In this document: positions 19,971 through 32,700 of the stretch, one piece after another
Layout of the letters: each line of letters opens with the position of its first letter
How positions within the stretch are numbered: the first letter of the stretch is position 1
Source of the DNA: Raja brachyura
Lineage: Eukaryota
Direction: 5' to 3'
Assembly (NCBI GenBank): GCA_963514005.1
Contig: OY740781.1
Coordinates: forward strand, 66,464,001-66,528,000
Length of the DNA: 64,000 bases
Notes under the pieces: generated by a model
Told to the model about the DNA's origin: nothing
Database searches by the model: none
Seen by the model: the letters and a program-made list of their open reading frames with translations, nothing else
Program-made: the position numbers and the translations under genes

Positions 19971-22044
19971 TAGTGTAAGTTTACAGCTCCCACCATGTTC
20001 CTCCTGCGTTTCCCAGGCTTCACTTGCACTTTGTATGACTGTGTCCATAATAAATTTTAGGTCTGCAGAACCAATAACAACTCCTGCAGATTCTACATCT
20101 GAGCATACTCTACCGATAGCAACGACTGCGGTACCAGATTCTGACTCTATCCACTCCACCATTAATAGATCGTCCAGTAGATTATGGCACCCGGAGTAGA
20201 ACGAAGAGGTTAGTCCCGGTGTTTAAAGAAAAGGAAGGTATGATAGATATAGTGCAACAGCCAGAATATTTCTAAACAAAATCCTTGATATAAAGGAGTC
20301 ACCTGCTGCTTTTATAGACTATTTAAGAACCACAATGCGTATATATATATAATGCAGATTCCCAAAACTTATGGGAGACTATACAACAAATAATTACTCC
20401 AACTGAAAACACCAAATTTCTAGTAGCCCTAGGACACCCTTGGCAAATTTAATAGTGGAAGATAGTGCAAGAGAAGAGGCTGTTTTAACAGCCCTTGCAA
20501 ACACTTTTCAAAAACCAAGTGGTCTAACACAAATTCTGGAAATAAAACCAGAAAAGGTTGAAGGAACATCCCTGGATGTTCAGCTCCCAGCCTTGGTCAC
20601 CCTGGATCATCTAACTTTTGACACCAGTGAAGGAAAAAGAAAATAACACCATCCAACATTTTCTAAAAGATACAGATAACCTATGACGATTATTGGGGCA
20701 AGCTCTGATTTGAAGAATTGAATTTAGAAATTTGAAAATGAAGTACTCCTCTGTGGTTCGGGGGCAAAATATTTACTTTGTGCCTAAATTTAGTTAAAAA
20801 TAAATTGATTTGAAAAAGGGCTTATGGGATATAGTCTTAAAATAATTAGAGAATTGATTGTTGACTTGGCAGTCTTCTCTTGTCTCACCCATATGAGGGT
20901 AATCGAAGATGGGACTATTTAGTGGCTATCAAGAAAGGGGTAGATCCTAGCGGATATCAGAAATTACGACATGCCCTGGAAACGTAAGGTATAGAATGAT
21001 GAGGTAGACTGGAAATTTAGATAATGAGTTCCCCTTGGAAGGTCAATACTAACCATCCAGGAAGTTACTCAGTGGTAAAATGAAACTAGTTATGAGGAAG
21101 AACCCCTATGGACTGAGAGCCTATTCAAAATACTAAGGATGAAGTACTGGAAGAGAAGTCTATTGAATTAGGAGGATTAAGGAAATGGGTGTTGATATCG
21201 GAGTCGGTGGATCTAAATTTGTCTAACCCTTCATAGTAAAGTGGCTCCTATTATCAAGGTGTAAAGAAATTGTCCCTGGATTCAGCATACTTAATTGGTT
21301 TTATAATAAAATTGAGAACATATGGAAATTGATTGAATAAATTTGAACTGCTGGGAATTCCACAGGAATTGGAATGGAATTGTGTTATTGACCACAAGCT
21401 GCGGAATGAGAAGGGTGAGACGGACCCAGGAACTCAAAATATTAAATTGAAGGCTGAGACTGCATTTGGTTGAATTTAAACATTCTTCATGGTTTGCTTT
21501 AAATAAGAGTCACGCCTGTAGGGAAATCTGGACTGAACCCAGCCGAAATTTATACGATAAACCATTATCAGATATACATTAAGGAACATCATGTGAACAC
21601 GGAGAGGGCTGATTAGTGTTGATCCTAGGATAGTAAAGAGGATATTATAGAGCAGAATATTGATAGTGAAATAGAAAAGGGATAGTATTCAGAGAATAGG
21701 AATAGTGGAATGTATGGGAAAGCATTAGTGCATGAATGATAACTTGCTTTGTCCTACGTTTTTCAGGAATTATAAGTTATAGGTTCGACTATGGAAAGGG
21801 ATGGAAGAATCGGCAACAACATGGATAGAGGGAATTCGCGCCCACAAAAACTCGGGAGCTGAAGACTCATCAGACGGAAATTGTGAAGCTACGCCCACGA
21901 AAACTCGGGAAGCTTGATCAGATTCTGAGAAGAAACATCATCATCTTGTTGTTGTTAATAGATGGAGAATGTAATAGTCGCACATATGTATATCTGGTTA
22001 TCTGATTGTTTGGATATCATAAATGATGGTTTATCATGTATGAT

Positions 22045-22230
22045 AAAAGGAAGGAATGTTAATTCTGGCCAAATTGGAGCTGCCAGGGCATCAAAATTGA
22101 GTAAAGGCGCCTGTGCTGCTGGGCCATTTTGGTCAAATTAAATGTGCCTTTTGCAGAACTGGCTGCTGAATGGTGCCAGTTTGTCTGTGGCCTGGATAAG
22201 AACTGCAGGGAAAGAACGGGACATCTGCAG
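22045..22230 (+). mobile_element. Polypurine tract and start of a putative 3' LTR
   Basis: AAAAGGAAGGAA (22045-22056) directly followed by TGTT (22057). The LTR end is not defined and no 5' LTR is present in the window. Confidence 0.55.
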
Positions 22231-22289
22231 ATTCTTACAATTAGGTGTAAATTGCTGCTTCATCCAATGCTGCTTCTCCAATTTGTGTT

Positions 22290-23010
22290 TAGCCTCATTC
22301 TGTCAATGGAGGCCTCCAAAAGGTTGTACCATTTACTGTATATTTTGCTCTTACATTCAACCTCCCAAAGTGCAACATCTTACACTTTCCTGGATTAAAC
22401 TCCATCTGCCACTTTTATCTGCCCCTATTTCCAATTGGTCTGTATTCTGCTGAATCCTTTGAAAACTCTCTTCACCAGCCACAACTCCACCAGTTTTTGT
22501 GTCACCTGCAAACTTACTAATCAGCCAACCGCAGAGGCGCAGCGCTATCCAGAATTTGCCCCTCCACCACTACCCTCTGTATTCTTTGGCAAAGCCAATT
22601 TTGAATCCAATCCATCAGATCTCCATGGATCCCCTGTGCATTAATCTTCTAGATCAGACTACCTTGAGGAAATTTGTTGAAAGCTTTGCCAAAGTCCATG
22701 TAGACAACATCCACTGCTGCACTCTCATCAATCACCTTTATCAAAAAATCATTTGTTTGTAAGACATGAAGTCTGCTGCACTTTGCTATGCTGACTATCC
22801 CTAATAAGTCAATTCCTTTCCACAGTTGAGCTGATCCTATCCCAAAGAATGTAGACAAAAATGCTGGAGAAACTCCAGCAGCGGGTAAGGCAGCATCTAT
22901 GAAGCGAAGGAATGGGTGACGTTTCGGGTCGAGACCCTTCTTTGATTATTCCAGCATCTGCAGTTCCTTTTTAAACTATTCCAAAGAATTATCTCTAATA
23001 ATTTTGCTAG
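22290..23010 (-). mobile_element. Old CR1 RT fragment
   Basis: [23 protein letters not shown] on the minus strand; degenerate. Confidence 0.7.
22851..22975. mobile_element. Penelope-like terminal fragment with internal inversion
   Basis: A minus-strand hammerhead-like segment is joined to a plus-strand tail. Flanks are CTATCCCAAAGAAT (22837-22850) and CTATTCCAAAGAAT (22976-22989). Confidence 0.72.
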
Positions 23011-23289
23011 CTTGGATATTATTTGTACAGTAATGACAATTTTTATTTCAATGCAAGTTGAAGAGGAACAATACAAGTTGTTTAGAATATTGATTAATAA
23101 TATTAGGCAAAATAGAACAAAGAGAGTTTTACAAGACATACAAATCACAGGTTGCAGCTTTTCAAATGAAGTTACTCTAGGGAGAGTCAGTACTTGTTTG
23201 GCCCATATTTGAAACAAATAATCACGAGGAAGTGAAATATTTGATTGTATATTAAAATAGTAATTAACTGCAAGTTGATACATTATATA

Positions 23290-24418
23290 AATTAGTGGGC
23301 AAAATTAGGGGTGGAGTGCTGACATGGATAGAAAATTAGTTGGCAGACAGCAAACAGAGAGTGGGGATTAACGTGTCCCTTTCAGAATGGCAGGCAGTGA
23401 CTAGTGGGGTACCGCAAGGCTCGGTGCTGGGACCGCAGCTATTTATAATATACATCAATGATTTGGATGAAGGGATCCAAAGTAACATTAACAAATTTGC
23501 AGATGACACAAAGCTGGGTGGCAGTGTGAACTGTGAGGAGGATGCTATGAAAATGCAGGGTGACTTGGACAGGTTGGGAAAGTGGGCGGATGCATGGCAG
23601 ATGACCTTTAATGTGGAGAAATGTGAGGTTATCCACTTTGGTAGCAAAAACAAGAAGGCAGATTACTATCTAAATGGCGTCAAGTTGGGAAAAGGGGAAG
23701 TACAACGGGATCTGGGGGTCCTTGTACATCAGTCTATGAAAGTAAGCGTGCAGGTACTGCAGGCAGTGATGAAAGCGAATGGCATGTTGGCCTTTATAAC
23801 AAGAGTCGTCGAGTATAGGAGCAAAGAGGTCCTTCTGCAGTTGTACAGAGCCCTAGTGAGAGCACACCTGGAGTATTGTGTGCGGTTTTGGTCCACTAAT
23901 TTGAGGAAGAACATTCTTGCTATTGAGGGAGTGCAGCGTAGGTTTACAAGGTTAATTCCCAGGATGGCAGGACTGTCATATGCTGCGAGAATGAAGCAGC
24001 TGGGCTTGTACACTCTGGAGTTTAGAAGGATGAGATCTTATTGAAACATAAGATTGTTAAGGGTTTGGACACGCTGGAGGCAGGAAACATGTTCCCGATG
24101 TTGGGGGAGTCCAGAACAAAGGGCCACAGTTTAAGAATAAGGGGTAAGCCATTTAGAACGGAGACGAGGAAACACTTTTTCTCACATCGTTGTGAAAGTG
24201 TGGAATTCTCTGCCTCAGAGGGCGGTGGAGGCAGGTTCTCTGGATGCTTTCAAGAGAGAGCTGGATAGGGCTCTTAAAGAGAGCGGAGTCAGGGGATATA
24301 GGGAAAAGGCAGAAACGGGGTACTGATTGGGGGGTGATCAACCATGATCGCATTGAGTGGCGGTGCTGGCTCGAAGGGCCGAATGGCCTACTCCTGCACC
24401 TATTGTCTATTGTCTATA
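23290..24418 (+). mobile_element. 5'-truncated CR1 with (TATTGTC)n tail
   Basis: 234-aa RT C-half ORF at 23340-24044, plus 3' UTR. Confidence 0.9.
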
Positions 24419-25157
24419 AGAGTTCATTATAGTTGCAATCTGCTAACTTGTGACAACTATTATAGAAGTCTTTCTTATTCAGATTTTTTTTAGCATTCAA
24501 CCATGAACAAATTATCCTCCACCCATGATCTTTCCACATCACTAACTCACCACTCTACACAGAAACAATTAAATAAATCAATACCCATTAAAACACAAAC
24601 ATTTTAAATCAATGTTTTTATTAACTATATTCAATGCTTTGCAAACTTAATTAACACAAACCTGTAAACAGGTTGATATATAGCCAGAAAATTACATATT
24701 TACGACACAAGTGTGTTGAACTTCCTTTTACCTTTTTGCACTTCCCAGCTTCTACATGCATTTCAGATTCATTTTTTAATTGTGCTAAAGTTACTTGATT
24801 GTCTCCTCGCCATTCTAATTGGGAGCCCATCTCCCGGCCAGATTCAATTTCCTGATCCTTGAGTGTTACAACTCTCAGACAAGAATTATTGTTATGTTTC
24901 ATTTCACTTCCATATTTGAAAACACCCACACTAACCAGAAGATAACATAAAACATACAGCATTGGAACAGACACTTCAGCCCACAATGACTATGTGAAAT
25001 ATAATGTCAAGATAAACTAATCTTATCTGTTTACACTTGATCTATACCCTTTCTTTCCCAGCATATAAATGTGCCTATCTAAAAGTCTCTTAAATACTCC
25101 TATCATAGCGGCCTCCACCACCACCCCTAGCAGTGCATTCCAGACGCCCACTATCCA

Positions 25158-25540
25158 TCTGTACATATCTAGAACTCTGTTCTTGTTATCTTCCGGTTTG
25201 GTGGTCTTTCTATTTACGCAAAAACGGTTCGCGATAACGCTACGACTTTTCGCCAATTCACTCACCTTTCTCCTGTGCTGTGGGTGCACCAAGTTTTTTT
25301 CCCGATCGGTTGCATGTCGTAAAAGTTAGCGAGGTTTAAAAATCTTAAAAACTGCGCGTGCGCAGATCGATCCCTTCTCCTGCCAGTCAGCGCCGCACGG
25401 ATTAGTCTCATCCCCTATCACTACCCGGGACGGTCCGCCACTTCCTGCGCCATCGTGTTTTTACTGGAGCCGAGAATGGCCGGCGGAGGTTTCCAACTGG
25501 ACTTTCGGAGGGACCAGTAGCAGCCCAGCCCCAAGTTGAA
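25158..25540 (+). mobile_element. Probable Helitron 5' segment
   Basis: A|TCTGTACATATCTAGAACTC start. The internal ACTCAC...CCAAG...CGAT...AAAAGTTA motif resembles the 2949 and 41137 copies. No 3' CTAG end was seen. Confidence 0.45.
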
Positions 25541-25694
25541 CAGGTAAAGAGTAGATCACCTACCCAGCTCCTTACCCCACCCCCCCCTCAAGATAACCCA
25601 GATGAGGTATTTTGCCGGTTACACTCAACATGGTAGTGTGCAAAGATTAATTGCAACCACCATGAAGGCACTAGTCAACAAATTCAAAAGATTC

Positions 25695-26835
25695 AGGTGA
25701 CAGAAGTTAGTGCAGTGGCTATTACTAAGAAGCGACTTGAGAAGCTGAAAGGTCTGAAGCTGTCACCTGGACCAGATGGACTGCACCCCAGGGTTCTGAA
25801 AGAGGTAGCTTTAGAGATTGTAAAGGCATTAGTGGTGATCTTCCAAGAAGCATTGGAGTCAGGAGTAGTTCCAGAGGATTGGAAAACTGCAATGTTACTC
25901 CACTATTCAAAAAGTGAGCGAAGCAAAAGAGGGCCGGCTATCCTGACTTCAGTGGTTGGTAAGATTTTAGCGTCCATTATTTATTTCCGAGTACTTAGAA
26001 GCACACAATAAAATATGCTGATGTTAGCATAATTTTGTGAAAGGGAGGTTTTGCCTGACAAATCTGTCCACTCTACAGTATTTACTTCCAATAGCAAGGA
26101 GAATCAGTTGATGGCTTTTTCCTGGATTTTCTGAAGGCCTTTGATGCAGTGCCACATGTGAGGTTGCTATAGAAGATGAGAGTCAATGCTAATAGTGGGA
26201 AGGTTTTAGCAAGGATAAATGGTTGGCTGAATGGCAGAGTGGAAATAAAGGGGCTTTTCTGGTTGGCTGCCCATGGGTAGTGGCGTACTGCAGGGGTCAG
26301 TGCTAGGATTGCTATTTGTCACATTGTATATCAATGATTAGGTTGAGGGAATTGGTTGTTTCGTGGCCAGTTTTGTGAATGATACAAAGATAGGTGGAGG
26401 GGCAGGTAGTGGAGCATGCATGGACTCTGCAGACTAACATGGACAGGTGCGGCATATGGGTTAAGAAGTGGCAGATGGAATACAGAGCAGCCAAGTGTAG
26501 AGTCGGGCATTTTGCTAGTAGGAATAAAGGCGTAGTACTTTGTACTTTATCTGAGGAAAGATGTGTTGACGTTGAAGTGCGTCCAGAGGTGGTTTACAAG
26601 AATGATTCCGGAAATGATTGGGTTAATGTATGATGAGCATTTGACGGCACTGGAGTTTAGGATAAAGAGCGGAGACACTCATTGAAATGTACCGAATAGT
26701 GAAAGGCCTTAATAGAGTGGATGCGGAGAGGATGTTTCCACTAGTGGGAAAGTCTAGGATTTAAAGGACACGCATTTAGAAAGGAGATGAATTTATTTCA
26801 TTGGAGGATGGTGAATCAGTGGAATTCATTGCCAA
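25695..26835 (+). mobile_element. Old CR1 ORF2 fragment
   Basis: SPGPDGLHPRVLKEVALEIV...PEDWK; degenerate downstream RT. Confidence 0.8.
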
Positions 26836-28909
26836 CTAATTAAATCAATTCAACAGCTACGAAGAAAAATGGGAAGTAAATTGTCAATTAGTTTCATTTG
26901 GTTAATTTTTTTTTAACTATACCATTTTTTAAACTATAACTATTTTTTAGAAACTCAAGTCCATGGTTGTCAATTTATAATAAAAGGGGACACAGGTTGT
27001 GCATGTATATACGAATTATTAAATAAAAAGATCTTTGTACATTATTGGAGGTAACATAAGTTTACTTTTGTTTTTAAATCAGAAAAGCAACATTAGTTAT
27101 GTACACTATTTTACATTGCATTATTTAACTATGCATTGACTGTTAACATTTACAGATTAGTTAGTTATTCTTGTATCAAATGGTCAAAAATAAGCAAATT
27201 CACAAATTCTGAAGAAAATACATTCCCGTCAGAAAGATTTTATTTTAAAAAACATCTTGCTGAAAGCAGAACACTTTCATGCTGACCAGCAGCAGCAGCA
27301 TCACTGGAAGATTGGAAACAAGACATTATGCCATCTTGTGACCAAAGAACAGTACAAAGAAAAAAACAAAGTCTTTGCAATTGACAAAAATGAATCTAGA
27401 GTACACCTTCAGATTGATAGAGACAACAATAAAAACATGGATGTAACATTTGAACAAACCGTAACAGAAAAGAATATAACAATTTAAAATATATTCAGTG
27501 ATTGAGACTTGTAACAGTAGATGCAGGATCTAAGCAGCGGCTTTTCATTTACCAAGTTAGGCCAAACCATGAAAATTCATTCTCATACAATAAATTCGAC
27601 CAACTGTGCAAAATTACTAAAAGTCTGTTTACCGTTATTTGGTAATTGCAGAAGCACATTTTTTTCTGAAGTCATTTTAACTTTCACTCATATGCATTTA
27701 TTTCCAAGTCTAAGATCAAACCATACCTAACCTGGTCGATAAATTGTGACATCCAGATTCCTATGACAATGGGATGGGAAGAATTATATTTAGCCAGTTT
27801 TTGCTTGCAGCATTTTAAACTTGGCAGTTCAGTTGCCTACGGATTTCATATAAATCATTGCCAAAAAGCACAGCATTTTCCACAGAGCATCTAATAACTT
27901 CTATTAGAGATTGCCTTTTATTAAATGTTCTCTATATTGGATTGAAGAATTGTCCTTGATAAGCATTGAACTCGAAAGGGTCATTAAAATATTGCATATA
28001 ATGTCTTACTTGCACATAAATGTTATGGTAAGGATTGGATTTGGGATTTAATAAAAACCAGAACATTAGAATAATTTACTTCAAATCTCCAAGATTAGGC
28101 CTGCGCTCTTAAAGTTAATGTTCACACCAGAGATGTTATTGAATGGGCTTTTAGTTTGGAAAATATAAACTCATCTCCTCCAGTTTGTTTAGTTCATATT
28201 TAAGCACAAACTTGGATGTGTAAATAAAGATTAGCACATCTAGATTTGCCATTTGTTCTACCATTATGGCAGCGTTAGTTTACTGCCAGCAAATTTTCAA
28301 TATTTTCCAGCATCCCTTTGCCAAAATAAACAAATAGAATTAGGTGATAAAATAACACAACACAATGGTGCACCAAAACACTCAGCTCTTTTAATACTGT
28401 AATTTCCTCACTTAAATGATTCCAAGCAGCAGACTACAAGCAGATGGTTCGCCAAAGGAGGGAAGCGCTGGAAAGGATTTAAAAGGACTTCACTCTGCAT
28501 TTGAGCACTTGGTAATCATATGAAGAAAAAAAAAGCATGCTGAAAAGTTTATTCATCCGTAATATTTATATCACTTGACAAATCCTTCCTAAATTCCTCA
28601 CCACCAGCATTTTGTCTTTAGTTCAGATTTCCAGTACTCACAGTTGTTTGCTTTTTGACAGATTAGGCACAGGTGCAGATATAATCCTTTACTATTGATA
28701 GCTCAAAATAAAGATAGCTTGTGCATTGGCAATGAATTTCCTTACCAGCGGGATGAAAAGGACCTTAAATCTATAGTGTGACAAGAGGAATAAGTAAACC
28801 ATTCAAATCAGTTGATTTTCAGCAGAACTAAGTTAACTGAAATTGTGTCAGTAATGGCTACTGCCCAAGTAACAATTACAATCAGTGCCTTGAATCTACA
28901 CAATAAATG

Positions 28910-28915
28910 TTTATT
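28910..28915 (-). promoter_or_regulatory. Candidate DEPDC1B poly(A) signal (AATAAA)
   Basis: AATAAA on the minus strand ~700 nt after the stop, in an AT-rich, repeat-poor region. Alternatives occur at 28994-28999, 27917-27922 and 24617-24622; the sequence alone cannot choose among them. Confidence 0.3.
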
Positions 28916-29613
28916 AATTTTATCAAATATTCCAAAATAAATTTGCTTTAATTAATCATATTTTTGAATCTGTGCATTGCTAGCAAGGCAACATTTATTG
29001 CCATCCTTCGCTGCACATATTAAAAGTCAACTACCTAACCTCCAGGAAACTGGAACCACAGAGAAACAAGAATCCCTTCAAGTTGTTTGTGAAAAGTTAT
29101 TTTTAAGAAAAAGACGATAAAAGTTTCTATAAATATTCTGATACCAGACCACGTAACGACATTTTCAAATTATATTTCACAATTCAGTTTAGTGGTATTT
29201 GAACAGAGCATCTAGGTTGCTAATCCTGTGCTCAAAATACTGTGCAGCTAAGGAGGTTAGTCATCTTCCAAATAAACAAACATAAGAATTAACACTGAAA
29301 AAAGGGACCACAAGTGTGTCAATATTGTTTGATATCAACAACAAAATGCACACAACTCTTAAATAATACTTTGTGTCCAACACAAACACTCAATTATCAA
29401 AATGAAACTTTATAAATTCATTCACTGGAAATGTATGTAAAGTAAATATCTTCTAAATTTTAGAATCAGTTATCCATTACAACAATATCTAGAGAATTCT
29501 AAGAGAGGTTATACAAAAATATTCTTAGCACCAATGTCCAAATTCCAGAGAAAACTGAGGATTTTAACCAAATAATCCTCATGATCGCAATAGCACCAGT
29601 CAGCTAAGTGATT

Positions 29614-29775
29614 TTACATTCGGAAACTCCTGCTTCTATGAAATGGCTGGAATGATTTCCTCATTGTGAAGAACATAAGTTGAGTTTTCAGCTTTGATTT
29701 TTCAGGGAAAAGCACTGATTCACTCTCAGTTGTTGGAAAACGATTTCTATAAACTTCAGGGTAGGCCTTCTGAAA
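29614..29775 (-). CDS. DEPDC1B: DEPDC1B last coding exon (11) including TAA
   Basis: cttttcag|TTT CAG AAG...ATG TAA; [26 protein letters not shown]...RSFRM*. Confidence 0.95.
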   Translation of the reverse strand, partial: FQKAYPEVYRNRFPTTESESVLFPEKSKLKTQLMFFTMRKSFQPFHRSRSFRM

Positions 29776-32700
29776 CTGAAAAGTGAAATATTTTACGATA
29801 TAACCCAAGTGCATAATTCTACAAATACAGACTTGCACAAGGGTCATGTTTTGTAAACCCTCATGCAAGTCTGATTTTACACAAGTCGTAATCACCTTAA
29901 AACTAGGTAGAACCAAAGAGCAGCAGAAGTCAGTCTAGGGGTGACAGAAGTGGAGGAAGAGGGGGAACTGACAAAACAACAGCTGGTGAGAGCGGAGGGA
30001 GTCCCACAGTGACTGAGAACATCTTGTTGGTGGATGCAGCCTGAAGAAAATGGTGTAGGCCAGGGGCTACAACAACAGCCGTATCAACTGGATGGTGCAA
30101 CAGTTGGTGAAGAAGGGCTTGATGGTGCACCATGTGGAAGATGTCAGCGACTTGGCTAAGAGTTGCTCCCCACCGTCTCCCTCGTACTCACACGTCTTCC
30201 CAGTGCTGCATCGACAGTGGCCGAAACTGGATCAATACACCCAAGCCTGGGCAACGTTCTTATATCTATGAAATGGACAGGAAGCCTTTATCTTCCTCCC
30301 ATTGAATTGTTTACATAAGTGTGGGTTTACACAAATCGTCTGTCATGCAAGTCGGGGAGTGCCTGTATAAACAGCATATTCATAACATATTCCAAACAAC
30401 CTGCAACTTTCCAATGAAAAATCTAAAATTGCCAACATGACATAACAAAGTTGGTCTGACAACAAATTTGCAGTAGTCTAATGGGAGGTAGTGCAATTTC
30501 TTCACTACTGTGCAGGGCATTTAAACCATATTTTGATTTACAGGGATGAGTATTATACAGGGCGTGGTGATCACAGCAATTGGGTAACATACAGATAATG
30601 AAGCAGCTGTCTGAAGTACAAAAATAAAAAAAGTACCTCACAGAAATGTTAGGTACCTTTAGTCCAGCAAGATAAATTGTTGGGATTAAAGACTAATAGA
30701 TGCTCCAGGTCTATTACCCTTACAGAAGATTTGAAGAAATTATTCAAGAAGCGGGTTCTTTTATTCCACTTTGAGGAGGAGGGATGCCTCAATGTGACCA
30801 CATCAATAATTGTATGCGATTTTGGTCTTTGTCCGAGAAAGGCTATTCTTCTCTAGAGGGGGTGCAGAGGTTCATCAGCTTGATTCCTGTTATGGCAGAA
30901 CTGGCATGATGAGTAGACTTGGCAGTTTGCAGACTTGGGATTGGCAGTTTGAGGGGAAACCTATGAAATTCAGACTCAGAAACAGTCTTCAGGCATCTGA
31001 ACAATCCTTCCATAGGCTGAGGTTCTGTCCAATTCACCTCTACCCCATTGCAGGTATTGGACTTTGTAAGGAACATGTGCTACAAGGCTGGGATTGTAGC
31101 ATTGTATAATAAATTCTGCATTATTTTTCTTCCCATGTGCTCTACCCATTGAACTTGGGTCTGACATGATTGCATTATCTGATCTAATTGCAGATAGTGT
31201 TCAAATCAAAGCTTTTCACAGTGCCTCAGTACACAACAAGAATAAACCTAAACCCTAATGGACTGGACGGACTCGACACTGGAAAGTTGTTCTGAGGAGT
31301 TGAGGTATGCTAGTTAGGAGTAGAATGAGGAGACATTTTGTTATCCAAAGAGTTGTCAACCAAACAATTCTCTCTCGCGAAAGCGAGAAATCAGTCAAAT
31401 TAAATAAATGCGAGGTGTTAGAAAATGGCTACAATGATTAAGGATAAAAGGAGAAAGCAAGAAAAGGATCCTGAAATTTAGATCAGCCACAAATGGAGGA
31501 GCAAGCTTAAAAGAGCTGAAAGGCCTATGACTACCTATTCTTATTTTGTATGTTTCTCTTCGGCTCAGACTTCTTAGACTGCTATCATGGGGCACACATT
31601 GCATCCTTTTGTTTGGGAGTTTGTAGTATATAGCAGAAGTGCAATATAAAGAGAGAAAAAATAAAATTAACTTTTTACTGGACAAAATCAGATAAGAAGC
31701 ACTTCCACAACCTCAATGCTGTATGGAAACACATAAAATGCTCACATATGAGCAATAAACAAAATGCTAATGGACTTTGCAAGTCAGGCAGCTTCTGTGG
31801 ATGGAAATGGACAAATATAATTTCAATCAGGGGATGGGTCCTGACCCAAAACATTGTCTGTGCATTTTCCACTATAGGAGCTGCCTGTCCCGCTGACTTC
31901 GTCCAGCAGTGTGTTTATTGCTCTTTACTGTAAACCCAGTTGGGCTACAATTTCCTTTTCAGTCGGCAAGGTTGAAATAAATGCTTTTTCATAAGTTTTA
32001 ATGTTAATGCAGATACCAAATACTTAAAAATACCTCAATATGAAAAAACATAAAATATTTGAATTTCAGTCTGTAGGATTTTGAAACAGATGGCAGAATT
32101 GAGTTATTGTCCCTTTACCTGCTTTAATTTCTTCTTCTTCTCTTTAACAGACATGTCTTTACCCATTATTATTTCTTCCAGTTGGGCTGTTAAAGCTGGT
32201 TGAGGATTTCTCCAAGGTTCTTTAAAATCTTCAGAACTAATCTTCTGACAAATAGAGCGGGAGGCCAGTGAAGCATCAGCATCAGCATACTTAATCTAGG
32301 GAAGCGAAAAAAAAGATGCAATTAAGAACTCTCTTTGCCCAAGACTAAAAATCAAACTTACAGGAGGTGATATTTTGTAACATTAACAATTGAACAAAAT
32401 CATATTGCTATGCATTCAGTCGTAAACTAAAAGGTTTTTAAAGTACCTGAACTCTTCGGAGGTGAGCCAAGTGTTCCTCCACTGCACTTTGTAGATGGTC
32501 TGGAACTCCCAATACCTCTTCATTATGATCCATCATGAAACTGACGAGTCTTGTAGCAAATAGTTCATCAAGATCCACTTCATCCTCTGAGCGCAGGATA
32601 CAGCGAGAAAAGGTTTGAATCATCTTCAAATTTAAAAGAAACATATTTTTTAAATGGACAAGGCCATTGAAAGGTTGCAATATAGAGTGAATAAAATTGC

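Larger units (their letters stand above)
18327..22230 (+). mobile_element. Degenerate, internally deleted endogenous retrovirus (class I-like)
   Basis: Four landmarks in retroviral order: MGNS start with MA-like SPLQIM...LWPTGG (18840-19125); capsid MHR-like ESPAAFIDYLRTTMRIY (~20296-20346); integrase-like RVTPVGKSGLNPAEI (21506-21550); PPT followed by TGT. Confidence 0.68.

Noticed and set aside
21570-22044. Retroviral env between integrase and the PPT
   Set aside because: Under 500 bp, with no ORF and no furin, ISD or CX6CC motif seen.
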